Shown here: piece by piece, positions 21,951 through 31,825 of the stretch
Position numbering within the stretch: the first letter of the stretch is position 1
Layout: every line of letters begins with the position of its first letter
From: Candidatus Doudnabacteria bacterium RIFCSPHIGHO2_01_FULL_46_24
Lineage (GTDB): Bacteria > Patescibacteriota > Doudnabacteria > UBA920 > O2-02-FULL-48-8
Length of the DNA: 64,000 bases
Assembly: GCA_001777575.1 (NCBI GenBank)
Contig: MFEL01000010.1
Coordinates: forward strand, 20,661 to 84,660
Direction: 5' to 3'
The notes under the pieces: generated by a model
What the model saw: only the letters and a program-made list of their open reading frames with translations
Database searches by the model: none
What the model was told of the DNA's origin: nothing
Program-made: the position numbers and the translations under genes

Positions 21951-21980
21951 CTAAAGGCTCAACCGCGGTTGAGCCTTTAG
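21951..21980. repeat. Perfect 30-bp palindrome after pyrG (probable terminator or REP-like)
   Basis: CTAAAGGCTCAACCG|CGGTTGAGCCTTTAG. Confidence 0.7.
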
Positions 21981-22048
21981 TGTTTTTGCATCAAAAACTA
22001 GACTTAAAATCAAAGATTATACTAATATAGGCTCTACAAGGAGGCGCT

Positions 22049-22277
22049 ATGACGCAAGATGAGATCAAGAATCGGAAAGCGGAGCTCGACCTTCAGCGGG
22101 CTATAGCAAGCGATGAACAAGAGGCAAGTCGAGCGAATTATCAGTAAACTTCAATCCGGGTGCAAGCACCCGAACGCGACTAGGGTCAGCGGCAACGACT
22201 GCAGCACCGAAACCTGCCTTGACTGTGGGCGTGTTCGTACCTGGAAACTCGATGGGCTAGCCATAATGATAAGCTAG
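22049..22277 (+). pseudogene. Small coiled-coil plus CxH..CxxC protein split by a +1 frameshift (or two overlapping sORFs)
   Basis: AAGGAGG SD, ATG 22049 (32 aa); +1 frame 22113-22277 gives MNKRQVERIISKLQSGCKHPN...TCLDCGR; terminator at 22299-22328. Confidence 0.5.
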
Positions 22278-22341
22278 ATTCCAGTCTGCGTCCTCACCCC
22301 TGCAAACTCTGGCCTTGCAGGATTTTTATTTATCAAGCAAA

Positions 22342-22369
22342 TAATACCATGTTACTTAGCGTGGTAGTA
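22342..22369. promoter_or_regulatory. Degenerate copy of 28-bp operator-like palindrome
   Basis: TAATACCATGTTACTTAGCGTGGTAGTA, 4 mismatches to 46161-46188. Confidence 0.6.
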
Positions 22370-22425
22370 GATGTAAAAAAAATAAAAAAGCCGCGGGTTG
22401 CGACTTGACTGGTTCGAGTAGGAAC

Positions 22426-22752
22426 TTAGCGTGTAGCCAAGTCCAAAATATGCTTCAACACCCTCCTTCTCCGTTCTCCGGCCTGGTGCAGAAGCAAATG
22501 AGTCTCATCAGCCTTCAGCTTCCGAAGTACAATCTCAACTTGCTGAGGAGAGCCCTGCAGGCTGTAGTTGTTGTTCTTCCGTAAAAGCTGAACTCCATTG
22601 AAAAGCATAGCCAGCTTCGGGTTGCAGACCGGGTCGCGAAATCTCGCGCGATTGAGCGTTCTGAGCTCCGACTTGCTTCCAACGATCGCAACTGCTTGCT
22701 GCACGCTGATTGGATGGCGAACTTCCGCAGCTAAGACATCGGGCGCTTTCAC
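22426..22752 (-). CDS. Hypothetical protein
   Basis: 108-aa ORF between rpmA and convergent terminators; SD-like AAGGGG. Confidence 0.5.
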   Translation of the reverse strand: MKAPDVLAAEVRHPISVQQAVAIVGSKSELRTLNRARFRDPVCNPKLAMLFNGVQLLRKNNNYSLQGSPQQVEIVLRKLKADETHLLLHQAGERRRRVLKHILDLATR

Positions 22753-22798
22753 GACACCCCCTTGGAGTTTGCGCTCAGTATATCATAAAAAAACCGCC

Positions 22799-23083
22799 CT
22801 AGTTCTTGGGCGGTTCAATATGCACGAATTTTCGCTTATGCAGCTCACCGTCAAAGCCGCGGACTTTTTTGCTGGTGAATTTGACCGCGCCAGCAGCCAC
22901 GGCATAGAGACTGTCATCATTGCCGCGGCGAACATTTTTGCCCGGATGCCATTTGGTGCCGCGCTGTTTGATGATAATATTGCCGATTTTGGCTATCTGA
23001 CCGCCAAAAAGCTTGACACCCAATCTTTTGGATTGCGAATCACGCCCCAGCGCTGTACTGCCCCCGGCTTTTTTATGAGCCAT
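22799..23083 (-). CDS. rpmA: 50S ribosomal protein L27
   Basis: [21 protein letters not shown]. Confidence 0.97.
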   Translation of the reverse strand: MAHKKAGGSTALGRDSQSKRLGVKLFGGQIAKIGNIIIKQRGTKWHPGKNVRRGNDDSLYAVAAGAVKFTSKKVRGFDGELHKRKFVHIEPPKN

Positions 23084-23089
23084 ATGTGT

Positions 23090-24445
23090 TCAATTTTCAA
23101 GTTCTAAATTGCCAATTAAAACTTGATCATTATTTGATAATTGATCATTGCTAATTGTTAATTCTTCTTGCAATTTTCCGTATTGAAAAATTATTATTTC
23201 CCGTGCTACCACTTGATCCTTGCGGTCGTAGACGGTTGAGCCGCGCTCGGTAATTTTCAAAAATTTGTACTTCTTGGCAATGTCTTTGGGCAGCGGATCC
23301 ACAACAGTATAGCCGGAAGTGAGAGCAAAGTCAATGCTGGGCATATACTCATACTCGCTGGCTCTCAACTTATATGCCGGCAGACACATGACCACGCGGC
23401 ATCCGGACTGTAAAAATTTGGCAAATTCCTTAAAGACTTGGCTGTAAAGTTTTGTCAGCATTTTGAAATTTGCAGCCATCTCAGTCTTTTTTGGAACTTG
23501 GCCGTAAATGGGTCCAAGCGTGCCTTCGGTAATGATGGCTTTAATGTCGAACTTAGGCAGTTGCAAAGAAATTTCCGCGGCGTCGGATTGAAACAGCTTA
23601 TAACGCCCGATTGCGATATGGTAGCGGTTGCGAAACCATTCCAAATTTTTTTCGCTGTTCTCAATAGCTTTACTGTCTAGGTCCGAACCCACGACGCGCA
23701 AACCCAGCAAAGTCGCTTCCTGCAAGATCGTGCCGGAGCCGCAAAAAGGATCGAGGACGTAATCCAGCGGTTTGAAGTTGCCGCCCAGATTGATCATGGA
23801 TTGCGCCACTTTCGGCGGAATCATGCCCGCTTTTTCATCCCTGGCCGGGCGTTGGTAATCGCGACGACCATAGTCCTCGTAATTCTGCACGGATATGGTT
23901 TTGCCTATAAACACCCTCTGGGTGCCCGACACCACCACGATCTCCGCCCCTTTGGCCAAAATTTGGTTTTCAGTGACCTGCACTGACGACAAAGCCTGCG
24001 AGGGAAATAGCGGGATCACGGCGCGCACGCTGAGCGCGTCTTCTTGCAAAATCTTCTTGATTAGAAAAGCGACCCGGGTCGCTTCCTCGCGAAATCGAAG
24101 GGCCGGATCAAGAGTATAAATCGAAACGCCAAATTGTTTTTTGCCGGTGTAGGGCGTAAAATAATCGTTATTGATTTTCTTGAACGTAAAATAAGGGCCG
24201 AGGACTTGCGAGGGGTATTCCTTGCCCTTCTTTTGAAAAGTGTCAATAAGTCGTATAATCTTAATAACGCCGCCCAGACGAGGCTGAAGCTTTTCGGGGT
24301 TAAGTGGCTGGTCAAGCTCCAAGACCACGACTTCAGGGCCGCAAGCCATGACTTTATAGGCAAAGCCGGAATTTTTCAAAACCTCCAACAGCTCGGCAAG
24401 CGACAGGGTATACACCCGGCCCAAAATAAATGCGTATCTATGCAT
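23090..24445 (-). CDS. SAM-dependent RNA methyltransferase (Trm11/UPF0020-like)
   Basis: RD..RPARD..AGMIPPKVA, VLDPFCGSGT, GSD. Confidence 0.82.
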   Translation of the reverse strand: MHRYAFILGRVYTLSLAELLEVLKNSGFAYKVMACGPEVVVLELDQPLNPEKLQPRLGGVIKIIRLIDTFQKKGKEYPSQVLGPYFTFKKINNDYFTPYTGKKQFGVSIYTLDPALRFREEATRVAFLIKKILQEDALSVRAVIPLFPSQALSSVQVTENQILAKGAEIVVVSGTQRVFIGKTISVQNYEDYGRRDYQRPARDEKAGMIPPKVAQSMINLGGNFKPLDYVLDPFCGSGTILQEATLLGLRVVGSDLDSKAIENSEKNLEWFRNRYHIAIGRYKLFQSDAAEISLQLPKFDIKAIITEGTLGPIYGQVPKKTEMAANFKMLTKLYSQVFKEFAKFLQSGCRVVMCLPAYKLRASEYEYMPSIDFALTSGYTVVDPLPKDIAKKYKFLKITERGSTVYDRKDQVVAREIIIFQYGKLQEELTISNDQLSNNDQVLIGNLELEN

Positions 24446-24820
24446 AAATTCAAAGAATTCGTAAAAAACCACCAACTAAAAATTGCGCTTTCTATAGGCT
24501 ATTTGCTGGTGGCCAGCCTGGCATTTGGATTGGGAAGGCTCACGGCGTTCAAATACGATGCCCCGGAAATTAATATTGAGCAGGCTTTCAGCGCGCCCAC
24601 CAATTATAGCGGAAGTGTCGCGGGAATTCAAACCGAAACTACTTCATCGACTAGCCCGACTGCCGATGATTGTCCCGGCAAAATCAAGGGCAACATCAGC
24701 TCAACCGGAAAAATTTATCATATGCCAGGCGGCGCGTTTTACAACCGCACAAACCCGGAAATCTGCTTTACGACCGAATCCGAAGCCCAAGCCGCCGGAT
24801 TCAGGAGGTCAAGTCGATGA
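24440..24820 (+). CDS. Membrane-anchored protein with C-terminal Ada-like/metal-binding motif
   Basis: TM helix; C..KIKGNISS.GKIYH.PG...Y......CF.TE.EA..AGFR. Confidence 0.75.
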   Translation: MHKFKEFVKNHQLKIALSIGYLLVASLAFGLGRLTAFKYDAPEINIEQAFSAPTNYSGSVAGIQTETTSSTSPTADDCPGKIKGNISSTGKIYHMPGGAFYNRTNPEICFTTESEAQAAGFRRSSR

Positions 24821-25998
24821 ATCGAATTTATCTCGACTACGCGGCAACCACGCCCCTTGACCCCGCTGTATCGAAAACCATACGGGACTTCGAATTGAAA
24901 TATTTAGGCAACCCAAGCTCGGTCCATCGCGAAGGGCAGCAGGCTCGGGCCGAAATAGATTTTGCCCGCGCCGCCATTGCCAAATTCCTCAATGCCAAAC
25001 CTCAAGAAATAATTTTTACATCAGGAGCCACAGAAGCAAACAATCATGCTATCAAGGGAGTGGTCAGCCGCGCCCTTTTTGACTGGGGGATGCGGCCGCA
25101 TATCATTACAACCGAACTTGAGCATCATTCCGTTTACAATGTCGTCAAGGAAATGGAAAAAAGGGGAGTGGTGGAAGCGACCTTCATTAAGCCAAGTTCA
25201 GACGGCCTGATTTCCGCTGACCAAGTGATCAAGGAAATCAAGAATAATACCGTCTTAATCTCCGTTATTTTCGTCTCCAACGAGATCGGCTCCGTCCTGC
25301 CAATCAGAGAAATAGGCAAGCAACTATCATCTATCAACTCTCATCTATCAACTAACCGAAAAGTTTTTTTCCACGTTGACGCCGTCCAGGCCGCTAAATT
25401 CTACAATCTCAACGTCGAAAAACTAGGATGCGACCTCATGACTATTACTGCCCACAAACTTTACGGCCCCAAGGGAGTTGGGGCACTATATATGAGAACA
25501 GGGCTTAAAATCGATAATTTGATGTCTGGCGGGGCTCAAGAATACGCCATGAGGCCGGGCACCCAAAATACGGCTGGGATCATCGGTTTTGCCAAGGCAG
25601 TTAAACTGTTAGGCGGTTTGGAAGAGCGCGAAGCTTTGGGTAAAAAAATTGGCGAATTACGTAATCAATTACGTAATTCAATCGAATCAATTCCCGGCGT
25701 TGAAATGAATGGTCCGATGGGGGACTGTCGAAGCCCGGACAACTTAAGCGTTACCGTGCGCGACATTGACCAAGACAGCCTGATTACCGCTCTGGATCTA
25801 GCCGGCATCGCGGCTTCCACCGGCTCGGCCTGCGTTTCCGGCTCATCCGAGCCCTCCCACGTCATCCAAGCGCTTGGTAAAATTACAGACAGCCAGTCAG
25901 CCACAGTTAGATTCACTTTGGGTAAATTCACTACTGAAAAAGAGATTAAACAAATACTCAAAATTTTTCCCGAAATTGTAAACAGGCTTAGGAAATAA
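24817..25998 (+). CDS. iscS: Cysteine desulfurase (IscS/NifS type)
   Basis: YLDYAATTP, FTSGATE, HVDAVQ, AHKLYGPKG, STGSAC. Confidence 0.93.
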   Translation: MNRIYLDYAATTPLDPAVSKTIRDFELKYLGNPSSVHREGQQARAEIDFARAAIAKFLNAKPQEIIFTSGATEANNHAIKGVVSRALFDWGMRPHIITTELEHHSVYNVVKEMEKRGVVEATFIKPSSDGLISADQVIKEIKNNTVLISVIFVSNEIGSVLPIREIGKQLSSINSHLSTNRKVFFHVDAVQAAKFYNLNVEKLGCDLMTITAHKLYGPKGVGALYMRTGLKIDNLMSGGAQEYAMRPGTQNTAGIIGFAKAVKLLGGLEEREALGKKIGELRNQLRNSIESIPGVEMNGPMGDCRSPDNLSVTVRDIDQDSLITALDLAGIAASTGSACVSGSSEPSHVIQALGKITDSQSATVRFTLGKFTTEKEIKQILKIFPEIVNRLRK

Positions 25999-26047
25999 AA
26001 AAAGGGGACAGCCATAGACTGTCCCGACTGCGGCGATCGGTCCGTCG

Positions 26048-26869
26048 CTAGTCCAACTTCAACTTGCCGACCGCCTTGCGCCACTTCCTGAGCAAGCCGT
26101 CGAGCCTCCTATTCTCCGCCCGAAGGCGCTTGTTTTCCTCGAGAACCTCGAGCGTAGCCGTTGCGATCAGCTCGATGTTCTCAGCCAGGAATACGGCCGA
26201 GTCCTTCTGCGCCGCTTCCTGCTTCAGCACGCGCTTCCGCTGGCGTACCGACTTCCGCGTCGTCTTTTTGGCAGGCTTGGCCGTGACCACGCCCGCTGCC
26301 TGGCGGGCCTTGCGGATCGCTTGCGCCAAGCCGCCGAGCGTGGCGTCCTTGTAGCCAGTCTCATGTACCTTGCCAAGGATTGCCTTAGCAGAGGCCTGAC
26401 AACTCAGGGCGGCATTGTCCAGCGTGGCTGCAAACTTCCACAACTGCTGCAAGCCAAGCTTGGTGTACTTATCTTTGCCATGCTTGGTAGCACTGGCTGT
26501 TGCCGGGGTCATACGCACCTCCTTCGGAATTGCCGCCACCAGCCTGGCTGGCAGAACGGCGGTTGTGATTGGCACTGTTGCCGGAGCCGGCTTGATCGGC
26601 CTCCGGTAGGCCAGAATCAGGTTCTTGATCTGACCAATTTCCATCAGCTGGACCGAGAACGCGATCCCTTGCCGCTTCGCCATCTTCTTCACCCGTTCTA
26701 CGATAGGATGGGAAAGATACTTGGCAAAGTACACCTGAAACACCGAACCCGGAATATCACTCTTGCGTTCCCCATCCTGGTCGCTCCAGAAGATTACCTT
26801 CGGATCGCGCCAAAGCTCGGCCCAGTCCCTAGGCAGCCCCCCAACGACGAGTATATGTCCGCGTCGCAC
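26048..26869 (-). CDS. Hypothetical protein, basic, with C-terminal coiled coil
   Basis: AAGGAGGTGA SD before GTG 26869; second in-frame SD plus ATG at 26512. Confidence 0.6.
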   Translation of the reverse strand: MRRGHILVVGGLPRDWAELWRDPKVIFWSDQDGERKSDIPGSVFQVYFAKYLSHPIVERVKKMAKRQGIAFSVQLMEIGQIKNLILAYRRPIKPAPATVPITTAVLPARLVAAIPKEVRMTPATASATKHGKDKYTKLGLQQLWKFAATLDNAALSCQASAKAILGKVHETGYKDATLGGLAQAIRKARQAAGVVTAKPAKKTTRKSVRQRKRVLKQEAAQKDSAVFLAENIELIATATLEVLEENKRLRAENRRLDGLLRKWRKAVGKLKLD

Positions 26870-27060
26870 TCTGATATCACCTCCTTCAAACGTGCCAGTC
26901 ACGAACTAATAAACCTACCATAACCGAGTAATTTTGTCCAGGCGCCACGGATGTGCAGGATTGACTTTGTCGGAGATTTTTGTTATACTTATCCGTTCTT
27001 TCGTATATGAGTCCCAAGGAGGACTTTTTGCGCGCCATACCGGCGCGCGTGGAGGCAACG

Positions 27061-28137
27061 ATGAGACGCTTGCTCGTAGCGGTCGCGCTCGTGGCATTTC
27101 TGCTCGGTATCGTGACTGGAGCAAAAGCTGGCGGAGTGGAACGGACCATCTTGTCGCTGGACCTCAACAGCGACGGTCGGGAGGATCTGCTCGTATACGA
27201 CCCGACGACCGGCGCGTTCACACGAGTGTTCCAGTATCCCGGCTGGCCATACGCCGCGCCGACCGAATACTGGCTGCCAGGGATGAATGTGGTCATGGGA
27301 TTTCTGGACGAGGATGCCTCGCCAGACGTGATCTTCTACGACCCGGCAACCGGCCTGGTCTGGCAGGCTCTCAACTACGCTGGGACGCTATATGTTACCA
27401 CCGTCACGTCCTGGCCCAGGGGCATGCTGGCGTACCCGTTTGACCACAACGGCGACGGGGCTACGGATTTCTTCCTGTACAACCGGGTAACAGGGGAGTG
27501 GTCACTCCAGCTCAACACCTGGAACGGCTACTTCACGGAAGTCAACGGCCGGTGGTCTGAGGGCTGGGAGATACGAGTGGGTAACTTCTCCGCCTTCGAT
27601 CATAACCAGGACCTGCTCCTGTACAACCGGGAGACAGGCGTCTGGTACAAGGCCCTGTCTGACGGCTTCGGCGGGTTCTATTACTCACAGCCTGGCCGCT
27701 GGTCGCCGGGATGGAACGTGTCCATCGGGCGATTCAATATCGACGCGGCCGATGACGTGTTCCTCTACAACCCTGTAACCGGAGTCTGGTTTCGGGTCTT
27801 CTCGGATGGCTGGACCGGCTTCTACTGGTACGAGAGGGGGGGATGGTCGGCGGGGTGGAGTGTTCTCATCGCGAGGCTGGAAAAACGCGGCCTCGATGAC
27901 CTGATTCTCTACCATGCTGGCACTGGCGCTGGGTTCGCCTGCGTAACGCAAGCCTACGCCGGCTTCAGGTACCATCGGCTGACGCTGTACAATAGTGCCG
28001 TGCCGATGGTGCAGGACTTCAGCGGGGATCGGCTGTCCGATCTGCTGCTGTGGATTGACCTGACCAACCCGGTCGGGTTCAGTCGGTACAAGTCCGTGCT
28101 AAGAGGAGGCAACTTCGACCACCTTGAGTGGTGGTAG
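27061..28137 (+). CDS. Secreted FG-GAP/VCBS-like repeat (beta-propeller) protein
   Basis: Signal peptide; repeated D.N.DG..DLLLYN..TG.W units. Confidence 0.85.
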   Translation: MRRLLVAVALVAFLLGIVTGAKAGGVERTILSLDLNSDGREDLLVYDPTTGAFTRVFQYPGWPYAAPTEYWLPGMNVVMGFLDEDASPDVIFYDPATGLVWQALNYAGTLYVTTVTSWPRGMLAYPFDHNGDGATDFFLYNRVTGEWSLQLNTWNGYFTEVNGRWSEGWEIRVGNFSAFDHNQDLLLYNRETGVWYKALSDGFGGFYYSQPGRWSPGWNVSIGRFNIDAADDVFLYNPVTGVWFRVFSDGWTGFYWYERGGWSAGWSVLIARLEKRGLDDLILYHAGTGAGFACVTQAYAGFRYHRLTLYNSAVPMVQDFSGDRLSDLLLWIDLTNPVGFSRYKSVLRGGNFDHLEWW

Positions 28138-28162
28138 CTACGCCGAGCCGACTCGACGCAGC

Positions 28163-28212
28163 AAGGGTCGCGCGGCAGGGTTCAGCCCCTGACCGCGCGA
28201 CCCTTCTTTTTT
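28163..28212 (+). terminator. Intrinsic terminator
   Basis: AAGGGTCGCGCGG...CCGCGCGACCCTT followed by T-tract. Confidence 0.8.
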
Positions 28213-28399
28213 TGAAAAACCGTTCCACGCCATATTCGATTTTTACGCTAGGGAAGTGTCCCCAGAATATCTAATATCTGATTTCTAAAACAGAAAGAGC
28301 GTATTATCGAAGCGATAAGAAAGCTAAGGGGAGTGGGCTGAAAGAGGCTTATTCTGAGATATTAAGCTCGCCGCACAATGGCACTTGGACGACTAGCTA

Positions 28400-28930
28400 T
28401 TATATGGAATTAAATTTAAAAGGGTTTGGTCTAGATGATTTATATTCCAGCATTTGGTTTCTTATCTTATGCAACTCTTTTTCAATATCTGGCTCTAAAT
28501 GATTAGAAATGAATCCTCGCACACCTTTTTTGACATTAATATTTTTCAAACGTGCGCCTGAGATTAACTCTACTCCCCTACTCCAAAGCTTAAAATCCGA
28601 CGCTTTCTTCCCACGTAAGGGATGTTTATTAAATAATGGAATAAATATTTCTCTCAACAGCTTTGGATTCTGTACAGAATACCTTGCTAACTTGCCACCG
28701 TTAACGAAAGTCACTGATCCGCATCCAAGCGTATCTCTAATTTTATGCAAAAGATTGGCATCATCGGAGCGTAAAACTATTGCGAACTCTGCATTCCAGT
28801 AAAAATATTCTCTCGTCTTCCCATTTCTTATCTTTCTATCCAATCTATACTTCAGAGCAAAACAACCCTCACCTTCAACAAATCCGGCTAAGTAATCGCC
28901 AGGCAATTTATCAATAGTTTCAGGCTGCAT
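28400..28930 (-). CDS. Free-standing LAGLIDADG homing endonuclease
   Basis: YLAGFVEGEGCF, LGCG.V, IP.F..HPL.GKK..DF..W. Confidence 0.88.
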   Translation of the reverse strand: MQPETIDKLPGDYLAGFVEGEGCFALKYRLDRKIRNGKTREYFYWNAEFAIVLRSDDANLLHKIRDTLGCGSVTFVNGGKLARYSVQNPKLLREIFIPLFNKHPLRGKKASDFKLWSRGVELISGARLKNINVKKGVRGFISNHLEPDIEKELHKIRNQMLEYKSSRPNPFKFNSI

Positions 28931-28938
28931 GATCTAAA

Positions 28939-30341
28939 CTACAAAAATTCCAGAGGGTTGTAAGTGTAGCCGTAAGGCACTCGGTAAGGGCCAAAGACGT
29001 TTGTAAATTGCCCATCTGCCACGCCATAGCCTTCTTCGTCAAATAAGGTGAAGTGCAGGTGGTAACCGCGGTGCGAACCGTAAAGCAACCTGGTCGTATT
29101 GCCGGTATTGCCCTCAAAGCCGACGAGGTCGCCCATTTTGACTGTCTGTCCGACCTTGGCCTTAAAACTGCTCATATGCGCGTACAGACTGATAAGCGCC
29201 CGCCCGCCGGAACTTATGGTGTGCTTGATCGTCACCCAATTGCCATAAGCGCCCGCTCCGGTGCCGGCGTCGATCACCACGCCATCAGCCGCGGCGTAGA
29301 TTGGCGTGCCGGCCGGACCTGCAATGTCAATGCCATTATGGAAATTGTAGCCAAGCGCGGTAAATCCGGTATTGCCATAGCCTTGGGTCAAAACCCCGTC
29401 CATGGGCCAGGCCAGCAGGCCTTTCCTGGCCGGCAGCCGCCTGTTGCCGAGTTTGCTGCGCAGTTCCACTTCCAAATCGTAAATTTCGCGCGAGATTTGT
29501 TCTTCCAAACCTTTCTGCTCGGCCAAAAGTCTCTGGTAAACTTTTTCCTGGCCGCGGGTCTGGTCCAAAATCTGCTGCTTGGCCGTGCGCTGGCCTCTTA
29601 AACCGGCTTCGGCCTCCTCCAGCTGGCCGAGCAAATCATCCAATTTTGCTTTCTGCTTCTTTAAGTCGAATTGCCTTTGTTCAAGGTCTTGCTTAAGCCT
29701 TTTAATCTCGCCAAGCGCCTCATTCGTCTGATCCTGGATGGTGGTGGTGTATTGAATTTGATCAATGAATTCCGTAAGGTTGTCATTTTCCAAGGCGATT
29801 TCCAGCGGGCTCATTTCGTCCAGTTCATTGAGCTGGCGGATCAACTGTATGAGGTTTTCCTTGGTCTTCTTGATATCAGCTTGGGTTTTCACGATTTGGT
29901 CAGTGACCTCGGCAATTTCCAGGTTCGTCTCGTCAATTTTTTCGCGGTTGGCCTCGATCTGCGCTTCAGTCTCGGCGATTTCTAAATTGACCAATTTGAT
30001 TTCATTGCCCAACGAGCTGGCTTTGGCCTTGGTTTCCTTGATTTCGGACTGAATGCCGGATATTTTTTTGTTGATTTCATTCAGTTTCTGCTGTTTCTCT
30101 TGTTTGAGTTTCTGCAGTTCGTCAACGCTTTGGCCTGCTACCGGGGCATTAGAGTATAATCCAAACGCGAGCATTAGTGCCAATGCCCCGCTTAACCATA
30201 TTCGCTTGCCTGCCCCGTTAGAAAACCCGACGCAGGATATGTTAAATATACTCAACGCAGCAATTTGCCAGTTATTACAGGTTTTGAGTTTTCTCTTTGT
30301 TTTTCTAACGGGGTAAATTTTGATTTCAAGTAAGAAATCAT
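28939..30341 (-). CDS. Coiled-coil M23 peptidase (EnvC/NlpD-like); 5' end interrupted by a 101-bp element
   Basis: Long coiled coil; HNGID, YAH and HLHF M23 motifs; ATG 30341 after TATAAT; alternative start TTG 30255. Confidence 0.88.
30213..30313. mobile_element. 101-bp TIR-bounded MITE-like element, copy B (inside the signal-peptide region of the M23 gene)
   Basis: CCCCGTTAGAAAA...TTTTCTAACGGGG, 13-bp perfect TIR. Confidence 0.75.
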
Positions 30342-30356
30342 CCTGTATATATTATA

Positions 30357-31802
30357 TCACGATTGGAATAATTTTTCAATGGCCGTATTTAATCTTTTCA
30401 AAATTATTTCCTTACCGTTTGGCAAAACAGCAAACGCATCCATGATTTCAAACGGCCCGGGGCTGGCTTCCAATCCAGTCAAAGCCACCCTAAGCGGCCA
30501 GAGTATAGCACCTTTGTCTTTATCCCCGATCTCGGCAAAAAAAGCATTTTGAATTTCTTCTTTGGAAATTGGGAATTGGCAATTGATAATTATTTTTTTA
30601 GCAATTTCTAGTGATTCGCTTAATTGGCGATTATCCACCTTTTTCCACCGAAGCATCTCTGGGTCATATGCAGGATCGCTAAAAAAATATTTGACCCTCT
30701 CCCCTATCTCAGAGAGCTTCTTAAGCCTCGCTTGTTCCAAAAGCAAAATCCTCAGCAAAAATTCTTTGGGATATTTTTCAAGCTCAAACCCCGCCCTGAT
30801 TAAGTACGGACTAATTCGCGCGAATAAGTCCTCGACTTTCAGGCTGCGGATATAAACTCCATTGAGCCAATCCAGTTTTTCCGGATCAAACACTGCGCCG
30901 GCTTTATTGAGCTTATCCAGGGAAAATTCTTCAGTCAGTTCGCGAAGGTTAAAAATTTCCTGCTCGGTTTTGGGGTTCCAGCCAAGCAGAGCGACGAAGT
31001 TAAGCAGGGCCTCGGGCAAATAACCTTGCTCCAAAAAATCTTTGACCGCAACATCGCCTTCCCGCTTGGAAAGTTTTTTGCGCGTTTTGGAAAGCAGCAG
31101 CGGCAGATGCACGAATTGAGGCAGCGGCCAGCCGAAAAATGAGTAAAGCAAAATATGCTTCGGCGCCGAAGGTACCCACTCCTCTCCCCTAATGACATGG
31201 GTGATGCCCATCAAATGATCATCAACCGTCGCCGCCAAATGGTAAGTCGGAAAACCGTCAGATTTCAAAAGCACCTGGTCATCCAAATCGTCCGATGAAA
31301 CGGAAATTTGCCCATGAATCACATCGGCAAAACTTATCCGCTGGCCGGCAGGTACGTTCATCCGGATTACGTGTGGCTCATTAGCTCGCAGTTTCGCTTC
31401 TGTTTCATCCTTTGAAAGCTTAAGACAATGTTTGTCATATTTAGGCGGCTGCTTGTTCTCCTGCTGCTGTTTGCGCAATTGATCAAGTCTCTCTGGCGCG
31501 CAAAAACAATGGTAGGCATGGCCTTTGTCTATAAGTTCCTGTGCGTGTTTGAAGTAAATGTCCAGTCGCTGCGACTGCAAAATAGGGCCTTCATCGAAGT
31601 TAAGCCTGAAATCCTTGAGGGTCTGCACGATATTCTCAAGTGATCCCGGCACAGTTCTTTTGACATCCGTGTCTTCGATGCGCAGGATAAATTTGCCGTT
31701 GTTTTTCCTGGCCCACAAAAATTCATAAAGCGCGGTGCGCAATCCGCCGATATGCAAAAATCCCGTGGGACTTGGAGCAAACCTGGTTCGTACTTCGGGC
31801 AT
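30357..31802 (-). CDS. gltX: Glutamate--tRNA ligase
   Basis: RFAPSPTG.LHIG, LRIEDTD, KLSKR. Confidence 0.97.
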   Translation of the reverse strand: MPEVRTRFAPSPTGFLHIGGLRTALYEFLWARKNNGKFILRIEDTDVKRTVPGSLENIVQTLKDFRLNFDEGPILQSQRLDIYFKHAQELIDKGHAYHCFCAPERLDQLRKQQQENKQPPKYDKHCLKLSKDETEAKLRANEPHVIRMNVPAGQRISFADVIHGQISVSSDDLDDQVLLKSDGFPTYHLAATVDDHLMGITHVIRGEEWVPSAPKHILLYSFFGWPLPQFVHLPLLLSKTRKKLSKREGDVAVKDFLEQGYLPEALLNFVALLGWNPKTEQEIFNLRELTEEFSLDKLNKAGAVFDPEKLDWLNGVYIRSLKVEDLFARISPYLIRAGFELEKYPKEFLLRILLLEQARLKKLSEIGERVKYFFSDPAYDPEMLRWKKVDNRQLSESLEIAKKIIINCQFPISKEEIQNAFFAEIGDKDKGAILWPLRVALTGLEASPGPFEIMDAFAVLPNGKEIILKRLNTAIEKLFQS

Positions 31803-31825
31803 AATTATTTATTGCTGACTAAGGA

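Noticed and set aside
22150-22300. Structured ncRNA on the plus strand
   Set aside because: Hairpins are short, and the stretch is better explained by the Cys-rich reading frame.
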